Assembly: GCF_000009965.1 (NCBI RefSeq)
Contig: NC_006624.1
Span: forward strand, 1,650,001-1,682,000
DNA: 32,000 bases
Source of the DNA: Thermococcus kodakarensis KOD1
GTDB lineage: Archaea; Methanobacteriota_B; Thermococci; Thermococcales; Thermococcaceae
Direction of reading: 5' to 3'
Shown: piece after piece, positions 8,131 to 16,519 of the stretch
Layout of the letters: each line of letters starts with the position of its first letter
How positions within the stretch are numbered: the stretch's first letter is position 1
Translations under genes and position numbers: made by a program
The notes under the pieces: generated by a model
What the model saw: only the letters and a program-made list of their open reading frames with translations
Told to the model about the DNA's origin: nothing
Database searches by the model: none

Positions 8131-8944
8131 AGGCCTTCCCCCTCAACCGGAGGTATATTTCAAACGCCCTCTCAGCGTCTTCCCAGCCGATCTTGGCGGG
8201 GGCGTACTTTGCCTTCTCAAAGAGTCTGACGAGCTCAGAATAGAAGTTTCTCATATAATTAACATGCTCAGCATGCTCCCAATGCGTCCAGCTTTCCTGA
8301 TATGGGATCCCAAGTGCCTCAAGCCACAGCACGGCGTTTTTGTAGATCTGGATTATCGCATCCCGAGGGCCATCAAACTGGTCGAGCCCAAGATCATCAA
8401 GTTTTCTATCAAAGCTGATCGCGGTCTCCAGCTTCTTCTTACGACGGACTTCCTCAGACCACGCCACCACATAATGGTAGGCCAAGTATCCCACCCCAAC
8501 AAAGATTGGAATCAGAAAAAGGGAATAGAGCGAAATACTCCTCTGTGAGGACACAACTCTGTGCAGTATCATGTCAGGAGATGCCGTTGGAGAAGAAACG
8601 GTACTGTTTAACACCAAGCCTTTAGAGGAGCGCGCAGCCACCGCCTTGCCAAAGAACAGGATCAGTAGCGGAAGAAAAATACTGTAAAGAATCACCGAGA
8701 ATATATCTACCTCAGAGACGACGTCCTTCCGCCTCTTTGCTGAGAATCTGTCATAACGATAATAAGCGATGAGTATGAGCAGTAAGAGAGCATCCACAAA
8801 GAGGACAGCCAAAATTAAGCCCATAAAATCGCCCGCCCTCGAGTTTCTTTTGGCAGGGGCGTTGATTTCACTAGCATTCATCAGCAAAGAGGTCAGAAGT
8901 ATCAAAACAATTAGCAGGGAAATGAACCTTACTTTAGCGTTCAT
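8108..8944 (-). CDS. Membrane protein with DUF4129-like C-terminal domain, first gene of the MoxR operon
   Basis: 278 aa with a signal/TM N-terminus and several TM segments. The C-terminal ...WTHWEHAEHV...LVRLFEKAKYAPAKIGWEDAERAFEIYLRL resembles the DUF4129 pattern that commonly accompanies MoxR/DUF58. Confidence 0.6.
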   Translation of the reverse strand: MNAKVRFISLLIVLILLTSLLMNASEINAPAKRNSRAGDFMGLILAVLFVDALLLLILIAYYRYDRFSAKRRKDVVSEVDIFSVILYSIFLPLLILFFGKAVAARSSKGLVLNSTVSSPTASPDMILHRVVSSQRSISLYSLFLIPIFVGVGYLAYHYVVAWSEEVRRKKKLETAISFDRKLDDLGLDQFDGPRDAIIQIYKNAVLWLEALGIPYQESWTHWEHAEHVNYMRNFYSELVRLFEKAKYAPAKIGWEDAERAFEIYLRLRGKAYELAGVN

Positions 8945-8972
8945 GAATGCTCACGGATGCAGGTACCAATAA

Positions 8973-8983
8973 ACATATAAAAG
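8973..8983. promoter_or_regulatory. Single A/T-rich TATA element (acatataaaag) in the 70-nt divergent intergenic region
   Basis: It is the only TATA-like element between the divergent starts at 8944 (-) and 9015 (+). It sits about 30 nt from the first and about 35 nt from the second. AGGTGAG Shine-Dalgarno at 9005-9011 for the + gene. Confidence 0.45.
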
Positions 8984-9014
8984 TTTTACGGCATAGTAAA
9001 CCTCAGGTGAGAAC

Positions 9015-9509
9015 ATGGAGAAGCTGCCGAAGCTTTACGTTGAGACCACTCAGGAAGAATGCGTAAAGGACGGGAAGACGCTGGCCGAGTGCGTCGTCAT
9101 TATGGGGAACGTTGAGGTCTGGCTGAAAGAAAACGAGGAGCTTCCAGATTTCATTGACCCATCGAGAGCAAAGTTCTTGAAGAGGGAAGTTTACGACCGC
9201 TTTTACCTCTACGTTGACAGGACGGAGCAAAAGATGACTGCCGATGTCATACTCGTCCTCCCGGACGGGAGAACAAGGATTTATCTCAAGAAGGGCGACG
9301 AGCTGATGATACTGCCCGTTGAGGGGTTCACGAAGACCTTAATAGCCAACGTGGGAAACAGGGTTAGGACTGGAGATGCATTCGCGGCAGTGACTACCAG
9401 GAAAGGCGAAGTCCACTACCTAAAGCCTCCGAAGACGGGTACGGTAGTCTTCATTGACGAGATAACGAACAGACCGCACTACCTCTACTACATCCTGCCC
9501 GAAGAGTGA
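9015..9509 (+). CDS. Conserved hypothetical protein; C-terminal half resembles a biotinyl/lipoyl-type hybrid beta-barrel (possibly DUF2118)
   Basis: 164-aa ORF with ATG and AGGTGAG Shine-Dalgarno. The segment ILPVEGFTKTLIANVGNRVRTGDAFAAVTTRKGEVHYLKPPKTGTVVFIDE has the alternating beta pattern of lipoyl-like barrels. The family call comes from memory only. Confidence 0.6.
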   Translation: MEKLPKLYVETTQEECVKDGKTLAECVVIMGNVEVWLKENEELPDFIDPSRAKFLKREVYDRFYLYVDRTEQKMTADVILVLPDGRTRIYLKKGDELMILPVEGFTKTLIANVGNRVRTGDAFAAVTTRKGEVHYLKPPKTGTVVFIDEITNRPHYLYYILPEE

Positions 9510-9529
9510 GTCCTTTGCTTTTTCTCACT
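9505..9529 (+). terminator. Hairpin with T-rich loop after the 9015..9509 gene
   Basis: AGTGAG (9505-9510) / CTCACT (9524-9529) flank tcctttgcttttt. The oligo-T tract matches archaeal intrinsic termination signals. Confidence 0.4.
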
Positions 9530-9556
9530 TCCCAAGTATGTTTCCGAATGCCCAAA

Positions 9557-9568
9557 GATTTATAAAGG
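9557..9568 (+). promoter_or_regulatory. TATA box (gatttataaagg) for the FKBP gene
   Basis: Canonical archaeal TTTATAAA about 45 nt upstream of the ATG at 9612. Confidence 0.55.
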
Positions 9569-9611
9569 GGAGAGCCTACTCCCGCTGAAGACACTTTTGG
9601 AGTTGAAGGAA

Positions 9612-10091
9612 ATGAAAGTTGAAGCTGGTGATTATGTTCTCTTCCACTACGTTGGAAGGTTCGAGGATGGAGAAGTTTTTGACACAAGCTACGAGGAGAT
9701 AGCCAGAGAGAATGGCATTCTCGTCGAGGAGAGGGAGTACGGCCCAATGTGGGTCAGGATAGGCGTCGGTGAGATCATCCCTGGCCTCGATGAAGCCATA
9801 ATTGGCATGGAAGCTGGAGAGAAGAAGACCGTGACCGTTCCCCCCGAAAAGGCTTACGGAATGCCGAACCCAGAGCTCGTAATCTCCGTTCCAAGGGAAG
9901 AATTCACAAAGGCCGGCCTTGAACCCCAGGAAGGTCTCTACGTCATGACCGATTCTGGCATAGCCAAGATAGTCTCCGTTGGAGAGAGCGAGGTATCCCT
10001 TGACTTCAACCACCCTCTAGCAGGTAAGACCCTAGTCTTTGAGGTAGAAGTCATAGAAGTAAAAAAGGCCGAAGAGGACTCAGAAGCTTAG
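9612..10091 (+). CDS. Short-type FKBP peptidyl-prolyl cis-trans isomerase with insert-in-flap chaperone domain (SlyD-like)
   Basis: MKVEAGDYVLFHYVGRFEDGEVFDTSYE...GEIIPGLDEAIIGMEAGEKKTVTVPPEKAYG...SLDFNHPLAGKTLVFEVEVIEV matches the FKBP_C/SlyD pattern. The track start at 9597 is a TTG, so the ATG at 9612 is preferred. Confidence 0.9.
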   Translation: MKVEAGDYVLFHYVGRFEDGEVFDTSYEEIARENGILVEEREYGPMWVRIGVGEIIPGLDEAIIGMEAGEKKTVTVPPEKAYGMPNPELVISVPREEFTKAGLEPQEGLYVMTDSGIAKIVSVGESEVSLDFNHPLAGKTLVFEVEVIEVKKAEEDSEA

Positions 10092-10988
10092 CTTGAGTAT
10101 CGTGGCCACTTTGAACACAACAAGCCCCATTACAGTTAGCATAAGGGAATACTTCAAGCCTGCGCTGTACTTCCCTTCTCTTATTATCCCCATTCCCAGA
10201 CCTGAAAGGACTGCCTGGACTACAACGAAGGCCATCAAAATCGTTGTCATCGAGTCCATGGGAAACATGATTCCAAGCTCCGGACTGCTCATCGATGACA
10301 TTACTTGAGTAACTATACCGAGGATAAGGGGGCCAACAAAACCGCTAGTTATGGTAAAAAACATTATTTGCATGCCCGTCGATGCCTTTCTCTCCTGCTG
10401 TATCCTCAGTATCTCCCTGACATCGTTGGCAACGTACATGAGAACATCACTCATAGGAGCACCCCTCTCAAGGGCCTCAATGACTATCATCATTGAGCGG
10501 TATAGCACCTGTGATCTTTTGTTTCTGAGGGCAAATGCCCTCAACGCGTCTGCCGTTGGGCGACCTTTGTTTATCTCAGCAACCGTTCTCTTGAACTCCT
10601 CGGTAAGTGCCCCGAACTTTGCGGTTGTCAGCTCCTCCAGAGCTTCGGAAAACGAAATACCCGCCCTCAGGGAGCTAGCGAGGTAGAAGAAGGCATCTGG
10701 GAGACTTTTTTCTATCTCGTCAATTCTTTTGGTGAGGCGCCAGTAGGGATAAAGGAAGGCCATCCCGATGAAACCGGCTATGAACGCAATAGCTCCATAC
10801 AGAAAACTGAATATTGAAAAGGCTAGTCCAAGGATAAGTCCCATTAGGAGGGATATAACCAAGTACTCAGCAGCCAGGAAGTTAATGTTAGCGGAGTACA
10901 GGAACAGTTCATAACGCTTAAGGTACCTGCCTGGAAGGAGTCTCTCGATGAGCTGAACGAGAGGCCCTGAAATATTCAGCTTTGGCAT
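10080..10988 (-). CDS. Type II secretion system F-domain platform protein (TadC/FlaJ/EpdK-like)
   Basis: Polytopic membrane protein with the cytoplasmic helical T2SSF-type segment LPDAFFYLASSLRAGISFSEALEEL. The ATG at 10988 has GAGGTGA 5 nt upstream. The track start at 10997 is a GTG overlapping the upstream stop. Confidence 0.8.
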   Translation of the reverse strand: MPKLNISGPLVQLIERLLPGRYLKRYELFLYSANINFLAAEYLVISLLMGLILGLAFSIFSFLYGAIAFIAGFIGMAFLYPYWRLTKRIDEIEKSLPDAFFYLASSLRAGISFSEALEELTTAKFGALTEEFKRTVAEINKGRPTADALRAFALRNKRSQVLYRSMMIVIEALERGAPMSDVLMYVANDVREILRIQQERKASTGMQIMFFTITSGFVGPLILGIVTQVMSSMSSPELGIMFPMDSMTTILMAFVVVQAVLSGLGMGIIREGKYSAGLKYSLMLTVMGLVVFKVATILKLSF

Positions 10989-10993
10989 CCGCT

Positions 10994-12049
10994 TCACCTC
11001 GGCTCGGCACTCTTTATCATGTTTATTATCATGAAGGACATCATCGGGAACACGACCACGAGCATAATTGCAATCATCGGGACGCTGAATATCAGCTTTC
11101 TCGCCATTAACGAACCCGCTAGAATACCGACAACTAACATTGTAGGCATGACTATCGTCATGAACATGTAGACGAAGGAAATACCGTTGACTTTCTGAAC
11201 GTACTCGACGAGCTTCATACGGTACTCGAATGCAAAGTCCTCTGCAAGCTTATAGAGGATCTCAGCAAGGTTACCACCGAACTTAACGGCACGGAGAATC
11301 TGCTTGACCACCCTGCTCACGTTCTCTGAGGCCATTTTCTCCTCGAACTTCAGCATTGCCTCTTCAAAGGAAGAACCTGTTCTCATGTCCCTTATGACTA
11401 GTTCAAACTCCTCCGAAAGGGGTCCGTAGTCTGCCTTTGCCACCGAGAGCATGGCCTCGGCAATGCCAACACCTGCACTCAGGAGCGAAGCTATATGTCT
11501 CAAAGCATAGGGAAGCGCCTTCTCAACTTCTCTAACACGCCTCTTCCATACCATCTTGGGATAGTATCTCATGTAGAAAAACCCGCCTAGGAATCCCAGG
11601 AAGCCCGCCAGGAGTGAAATGTCAATTGGGAGGTACATAAGGTAAGCAAAAACAAAACCGAAGAACGCAGTTATCATGGCAACTCCAAGCATGTATGCCA
11701 CGTAGGCCTCTTTTGACATCGTGATGTTTGCCCGATATAAATCAACGTCCAGCCCGGAGAGCGAAGTCGTCAGTCTCTCAACAGGTCCTCTAAAGTATTT
11801 GAGGATGGCACTAGCAAGACGCTGGGCAAAGGGTTGCTGAACCTCCTCTTTGCGCTGCTCGATGACCGCCTCTATAAACGTCTCCCGCTCATCTTTCTGC
11901 TCTTTTTCCCGTTCAAGTTCCTTTTGAAGCTCTTTAAGAGCCTTTAATCTTTCTTGGACATTTTTTCCCTCAGGAAGGCGCCTCATAGGCTTTTCTGCAA
12001 CTTCGAGAGTTTTGCCACCGAGTTTTTCAAGGAACTCTATGAACCCCAT
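10994..12049 (-). CDS. Type II secretion system F-domain platform protein (TadB/FlaJ/EpdJ-like) with N-terminal coiled-coil extension
   Basis: Contains LPYALRHIASLLSAGVGIAEAM...SSFEEAMLKFEEK (T2SSF pattern) and TM segments at both ends. Start candidates are GTG 12058, ATG 12055 and ATG 12049. The last has the best spacing from GAGGTGA. Confidence 0.8.
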   Translation of the reverse strand: MGFIEFLEKLGGKTLEVAEKPMRRLPEGKNVQERLKALKELQKELEREKEQKDERETFIEAVIEQRKEEVQQPFAQRLASAILKYFRGPVERLTTSLSGLDVDLYRANITMSKEAYVAYMLGVAMITAFFGFVFAYLMYLPIDISLLAGFLGFLGGFFYMRYYPKMVWKRRVREVEKALPYALRHIASLLSAGVGIAEAMLSVAKADYGPLSEEFELVIRDMRTGSSFEEAMLKFEEKMASENVSRVVKQILRAVKFGGNLAEILYKLAEDFAFEYRMKLVEYVQKVNGISFVYMFMTIVMPTMLVVGILAGSLMARKLIFSVPMIAIMLVVVFPMMSFMIINMIKSAEPR

Positions 12050-12059
12050 GGACATCACC

Positions 12060-15000
12060 TCACATTAAAGCCTGAATCTGCTTACTGGTTTCCACGTCAC
12101 TCTCCGCAGAAATCTTGTTGAGGAGCCATTCCTCGTCAATGTAGAACTGCCTTATGTAGTAGCCAACTTTGTCTATGTCCCTGATGCCCTTCTCGACCAT
12201 CCATTCCAGTATCAGCCTGCGCTTTTCAATCTCAAGCTCTATCTCCCTAACGCTCATTCCGGTATGCTGGGCTAGAATGTTGACCGTTCTGCTCGGAACA
12301 CCTGTTGGAACGAGCTCATCCTTAGCAGGGTCGTACTTGTAAAGGGTGTTGAGCTGTATGCTCTCCCCCTCCAGGCCAGAGACCTCCGCTATTTCAGTAA
12401 CACGCCTTATCGTTCCCTTCTTTCTGCTGTGGAAACGGACCTGCATGAGGATTATGTCGAGAGCGGGAATCATTATCCTTGGAACGCTCATCGGTGGGCT
12501 TTCAAGCCTAACTATGGTTTCACGGGCGCTGTTGGCGTGGATTGTGCCCATGCAGTTCGACAGAAGTATTCCGTTGGCAACGTAGTTGTGATCCTCATCC
12601 ACGGTCAGGTCGTATAGATACTCTATGCCAATCTCCTCGGGATCCACTTCCTCTACTTCAACGACCCTGTCCCAGTACACGTCACCATCAGCTATCAATT
12701 CGAGCCTCTTGGCCATCACCCAGGCATCCTCGTCCCCAATGTCCTGGGCGATTCTCTGAAGGGCGAGGGCTATTCCCTTAAGCGCTGAGCGCCTTATCTC
12801 GGACGTTCTGCCCTTCTCAACGTGCCTTATCAGGCTCTCTGTGATGGTTTCTCCTGCATATTTCGAGGCCAGCTTTGAAAGCTCGGCTACCGTCAGGTTC
12901 AACCGAGTGCGCAGAGGCTTTATCATCTCCGGAGAGATAGGAACCCGGTAAGTGTATCTTCCGCGATACGGCCGCTTTTCCTTGAGGATGGCCTTTAGCT
13001 TTTCCCGTTTCCTTGAATGGGAAAGTGGTATCAGCGCGTCGAACTTCTTCAGGTCCTCGACACTGCTGATGATAACCCTGAATATGTGGCCTTCCTTAAA
13101 GCCTCTGTTCCTTACCCTGGAGACGGTGCTTATTATTCCAAGCCTCTGGAGGGCGTACCAGATTTTTCTGGCGGCGCTTTCGCTCTTTGTTGTCAAAATC
13201 ACCGCGGGTCCGGTCTCATCAACGGATCCATCTGCATCGAACAGACCCGCTATGAAGTACCTCATGAGGTCATCGTTCGTGAGGACGACATCAGGGACAT
13301 CCCATATTGATGACTTCTTGCCTCTCGGGATCCCGAATATCCTCGACAGCATCTCATTGAATATCCTGGAGCCGTAGGTTACCACCGTACTCGTTCCATT
13401 GTCCTTTATCCGCGGTGCCGACTCTGGCAGGAACTCCGACATCGCCGAGGTGAAAGAATTCATGTAGTCGGGATCATCGAAGGTTACCGAAAGGTTGTAT
13501 CCGTCCGATGAGAGATATCCGTCGCCCAGTATTACTCCTGCAACGTAAGCAAGGCTGGTTCCAACTTCACGAACGAGTTTAACTGGCTTTGAATTCCTGG
13601 ATAGTAGATACTCGGCGTCTTCTGGCGGCACACCCCTGTTGGGGACCTTCTTCATTCCGTTTCCGTTTGGAACAAGGTAGTAATCACTTATTCCAGCATA
13701 TACTTCGACGGGAACTACAGCCGGGCTCTGGGGAGCTTTGGGGGGTCTCATCATCACGGCAACTCTATCACCTGGCCTGACCTTCTCCGCTTCCTTTCTA
13801 ACCACGTCGCCGTCGCTGAAGACAAAGAACGGATGTGTTTTCGTCAGGATAACCTCGTTGCCCGTTCTCGTCCTTATCCTTATCAGCTTCTCTCCATTCC
13901 GTACTTTTCTGCGCCATACTGCCGTGACGGTGTGTTTTCCTGCCTTCAGATTCGGCCCTACGCTAACCACCTCAAACTGGTCTTCAGGATCGAGCTCTAT
14001 GTACTCCAGATCCTTGTACGTCTTTATCCTGTCAGAGTACTTGTTGAATAGTTCCTCAACAACATCACCTATCAGAACAAACTTTCCATTGGAGAGCTGT
14101 ATGACAGAGAAATCGTAGAGGGCACCATTATGTCCCGTGTTCATTGCCGTGAACATCGTTCTGGCCTCTGGACCACGGACCTCACCCACGATGATTCTGT
14201 CGGGACGCATACGGAGGGTGTTCCTAACGAGGTCGTCCATGGTGACTTCTCCCTTGCCCTCAAGGTTGGGCGGCCTCGTCTCCAGCCTGACCCAGTGCTC
14301 CACAGGGAGTTGAAGCTCCGCTGTATCCTCTATGCTGATGACGCGCTCGCTGGGGGGAATGAACATTCCAAGGGAGTTGAGGGTTGTTGTTTTTCCCGAA
14401 CCTGTACCACCGGCTACGAGGACGTTGGCCGGCTTAACCCCAAGCCCGTCAACGAGAACCCATAGGAAAGCCGCAACTTCGGAGCTCATTGTGCCGTATT
14501 TGATCAAGTCTATAATCGTCAGCGGATCCCTCTTGAACTTACGGATTGTTATCGTTGGCCCATCCAGGCTTATTGGTGGTATAGTCGCGTTCACACGGCT
14601 TCCATCCGGGAGACGGGCATCCAAAAGGGGACTCTGCTGGTCTATTCTCCTCCCGACTTCCCTCGCTATGCGCTCGATTATGTTGAGTATATCCCTGTCA
14701 CTGTCAAAGATGACGTTGGTCTTACACATATTGAAGCGCCTGTGCCAGACATAGACAGGGCGGTTAGTTCCGATGACCATTATCTCCTCGAGGTTGTCGT
14801 CCCTGACGAGGGGGTCAAGCTTTCCATAGCCTATCATCTGCTGGACTATCATATCGGCGAGAACCTCGATTCTGCCCTCCGAATAATGGGGAGCCTCCTC
14901 TTTTATCATCCTCTTAACCGCGTTCATAAAGACCTTCCTGCGCTCCTCAGGATCAGGAATCGCAGTGGGGTCTATCTGGATCTCAGTTATGGCCCTGTCC

Positions 15001-15656
15001 TTAATGCGCCTGAAGAGCTGTTCCTCCTCCCTTGAAAGTTTAGGAAGTCTAATCTCGTATATGGGAACCGGCTCTCCCTTAACCTTCAGTATTCTCACGT
15101 TGCCGTAGGCGTCAAGGACTTGAGCCCTGCCAGCGTAAGAAGACTCTTCCCTCAATGACTCTGAGAAAATCGACCTGGCGTTGGACACAGGCTTGCTCGG
15201 TGAAGTTTGAACTGGCTGTGATGTGGCCGATCCAGAGGAACCACCAAGGAGCTCCGAGAGGAAATCAGCTCCAGTGGCCCCAGTGGCGGACGGTATTGTG
15301 GATGCTGGTTCTGGCTTGCTCTGGGGTAGCGGCTCTCTTTTTTCTCTCTCTGCAGTTTTTTCTTTCATTGACTTCTGAGGTTTCTCCTCTCCCCCAAGTA
15401 GCTGACTCAGAAGGTCGGCTCCAGTCTCAGAGGTAGGCCGGGATTCCCGTTTTTCTGAAGTGGACCCTGAAAGTATATCCTCCAAACTGCCCACTCCAGA
15501 AGAGGGAACTGGAAGCTCTTCGGAGACCTTATTTTTGCTGGGCTGTTCTTTTTTGTCATCTTTTTTCAGAATACCAGCTAGTGGATCCTCCTCACCAGAA
15601 AGTATCTCGTCTATCCATGAGAGGGATTCTTTCTTCTTTTTCTCATCCTGGAACAA
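12060..15656 (-). CDS. Type II/IV secretion-family (VirB11/CpaF/FlaI-class, KlbA-like) ATPase precursor interrupted by an intein
   Basis: 1198-aa ORF. Walker [16 protein letters not shown], Asp box [11 protein letters not shown], Walker [16 protein letters not shown]. The His box is split as AMNTGHNG / intein / CMGTIHANS. The start is a TTG (no in-frame ATG for 96 codons), preceded by GGAGGGGGA. About 175 N-terminal residues are low-complexity. Confidence 0.93.
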   Translation of the reverse strand: MFQDEKKKKESLSWIDEILSGEEDPLAGILKKDDKKEQPSKNKVSEELPVPSSGVGSLEDILSGSTSEKRESRPTSETGADLLSQLLGGEEKPQKSMKEKTAEREKREPLPQSKPEPASTIPSATGATGADFLSELLGGSSGSATSQPVQTSPSKPVSNARSIFSESLREESSYAGRAQVLDAYGNVRILKVKGEPVPIYEIRLPKLSREEEQLFRRIKDRAITEIQIDPTAIPDPEERRKVFMNAVKRMIKEEAPHYSEGRIEVLADMIVQQMIGYGKLDPLVRDDNLEEIMVIGTNRPVYVWHRRFNMCKTNVIFDSDRDILNIIERIAREVGRRIDQQSPLLDARLPDGSRVNATIPPISLDGPTITIRKFKRDPLTIIDLIKYGTMSSEVAAFLWVLVDGLGVKPANVLVAGGTGSGKTTTLNSLGMFIPPSERVISIEDTAELQLPVEHWVRLETRPPNLEGKGEVTMDDLVRNTLRMRPDRIIVGEVRGPEARTMFTAMNTGHNGALYDFSVIQLSNGKFVLIGDVVEELFNKYSDRIKTYKDLEYIELDPEDQFEVVSVGPNLKAGKHTVTAVWRRKVRNGEKLIRIRTRTGNEVILTKTHPFFVFSDGDVVRKEAEKVRPGDRVAVMMRPPKAPQSPAVVPVEVYAGISDYYLVPNGNGMKKVPNRGVPPEDAEYLLSRNSKPVKLVREVGTSLAYVAGVILGDGYLSSDGYNLSVTFDDPDYMNSFTSAMSEFLPESAPRIKDNGTSTVVTYGSRIFNEMLSRIFGIPRGKKSSIWDVPDVVLTNDDLMRYFIAGLFDADGSVDETGPAVILTTKSESAARKIWYALQRLGIISTVSRVRNRGFKEGHIFRVIISSVEDLKKFDALIPLSHSRKREKLKAILKEKRPYRGRYTYRVPISPEMIKPLRTRLNLTVAELSKLASKYAGETITESLIRHVEKGRTSEIRRSALKGIALALQRIAQDIGDEDAWVMAKRLELIADGDVYWDRVVEVEEVDPEEIGIEYLYDLTVDEDHNYVANGILLSNCMGTIHANSARETIVRLESPPMSVPRIMIPALDIILMQVRFHSRKKGTIRRVTEIAEVSGLEGESIQLNTLYKYDPAKDELVPTGVPSRTVNILAQHTGMSVREIELEIEKRRLILEWMVEKGIRDIDKVGYYIRQFYIDEEWLLNKISAESDVETSKQIQALM
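12555..14123 (-). mobile_element. Intein (523 aa) with LAGLIDADG homing-endonuclease domain; Ala1, Asn at the C-terminus, Cys+1
   Basis: The boundaries were mapped on the nucleotide sequence: Ala codon at complement of 14121-14123, terminal Asn at complement of 12555-12557, Cys+1 at complement of 12552-12554. Block [14 protein letters not shown], block [18 protein letters not shown] motifs [13 protein letters not shown] and [13 protein letters not shown], blocks [24 protein letters not shown]. Confidence 0.88.
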
Positions 15657-15659
15657 GAC

Positions 15660-16508
15660 TTATCCCCCTCCCTCACTCCATTTTACATCATAGCTTATTT
15701 CAACACTGCCACCCGTCGAGTAAACAATCCAGATTGGAAGTTCATAGTTCTCACGGGTCTTGGCCTCAACCGTTGGAACACTAACTTGAACTCCAGTTAA
15801 GAGCTTGGGAGTAAGCTGGAACAAATTCGTGGACGCGTTCACAACTTGAGTTGATTCACCCACCTTTCTCTGGAAGCCGCTGTACTCGTAGAGCATGTCC
15901 TTGTACTCATCGTACGTCATCGTCGGATTGGGATTCAGGTTGCTAATCTCCCCATCGGAGAACAAGACGGGAACAGTCACGGCGAAGAACGTCGGTGAGT
16001 TATCGGCGGGAGTCATAACTAACTTGATTCTGCCCTCATAATCCAGTATTTTAATGTACCCATCAAGGACAGGGAAGATTGCTCTCGCAGAGAGAGAGTA
16101 AGGAGAGTTCACAAAGGGAGGCACCACTGAACCGCATGCCAGGTTGCTCCCATCTCCCTCTCCACCACAGGATACCTGCGGGAGAGAATACGTCTGAGTA
16201 TGAACGCTCACAAGGTTTATGACAACCGTTTCGTAGGGCATTAACCATATTCCAGGGTTGCCGTTCAGCTGAAGCTTTGGGTTTGAAACCAGCTCTGGGG
16301 TGGTCTCGTTGTTATTCAAGCGGTAGACTGTAACAACGTAAGAGGGGTTCAAAACTAAGAACTTCGGAAACGGGGCTGTGTTAACAACGGTCACGTTTAA
16401 GTTGAGGGTTAAAACGCTACTAACGCTACTCGCGGCTCCCACAGGAGAGTAATACGAAGAAGCCATTATCATGCTGAAAATTATTAAAAAAACCAAAGGG
16501 CGTCTCAT
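15660..16508 (-). CDS. Secreted beta-rich protein of unknown family (Sec-type signal peptide), in the filament-assembly operon
   Basis: 282 aa. N-terminus is MRRPLVFLIIFSMIMASSYYSPVGAAS. The rest is rich in V/T/N/S/P with no motif I recognise. ATG with GAGGTGG Shine-Dalgarno that overlaps the upstream stop. Confidence 0.7.
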   Translation of the reverse strand: MRRPLVFLIIFSMIMASSYYSPVGAASSVSSVLTLNLNVTVVNTAPFPKFLVLNPSYVVTVYRLNNNETTPELVSNPKLQLNGNPGIWLMPYETVVINLVSVHTQTYSLPQVSCGGEGDGSNLACGSVVPPFVNSPYSLSARAIFPVLDGYIKILDYEGRIKLVMTPADNSPTFFAVTVPVLFSDGEISNLNPNPTMTYDEYKDMLYEYSGFQRKVGESTQVVNASTNLFQLTPKLLTGVQVSVPTVEAKTRENYELPIWIVYSTGGSVEISYDVKWSEGGG

Positions 16509-16519
16509 TTCAGACCACC

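Noticed and set aside
13065-13081. C/D-box sRNA-like motifs (cTGATGAtaaccCTGA) on the + strand. A second TGATGA lies at 9304-9309.
   Set aside because: The box spacing is far too short for a guide. No matching C'/D' or terminal D box lies at the right distance, there is no terminal stem, and both sites are inside coding regions.
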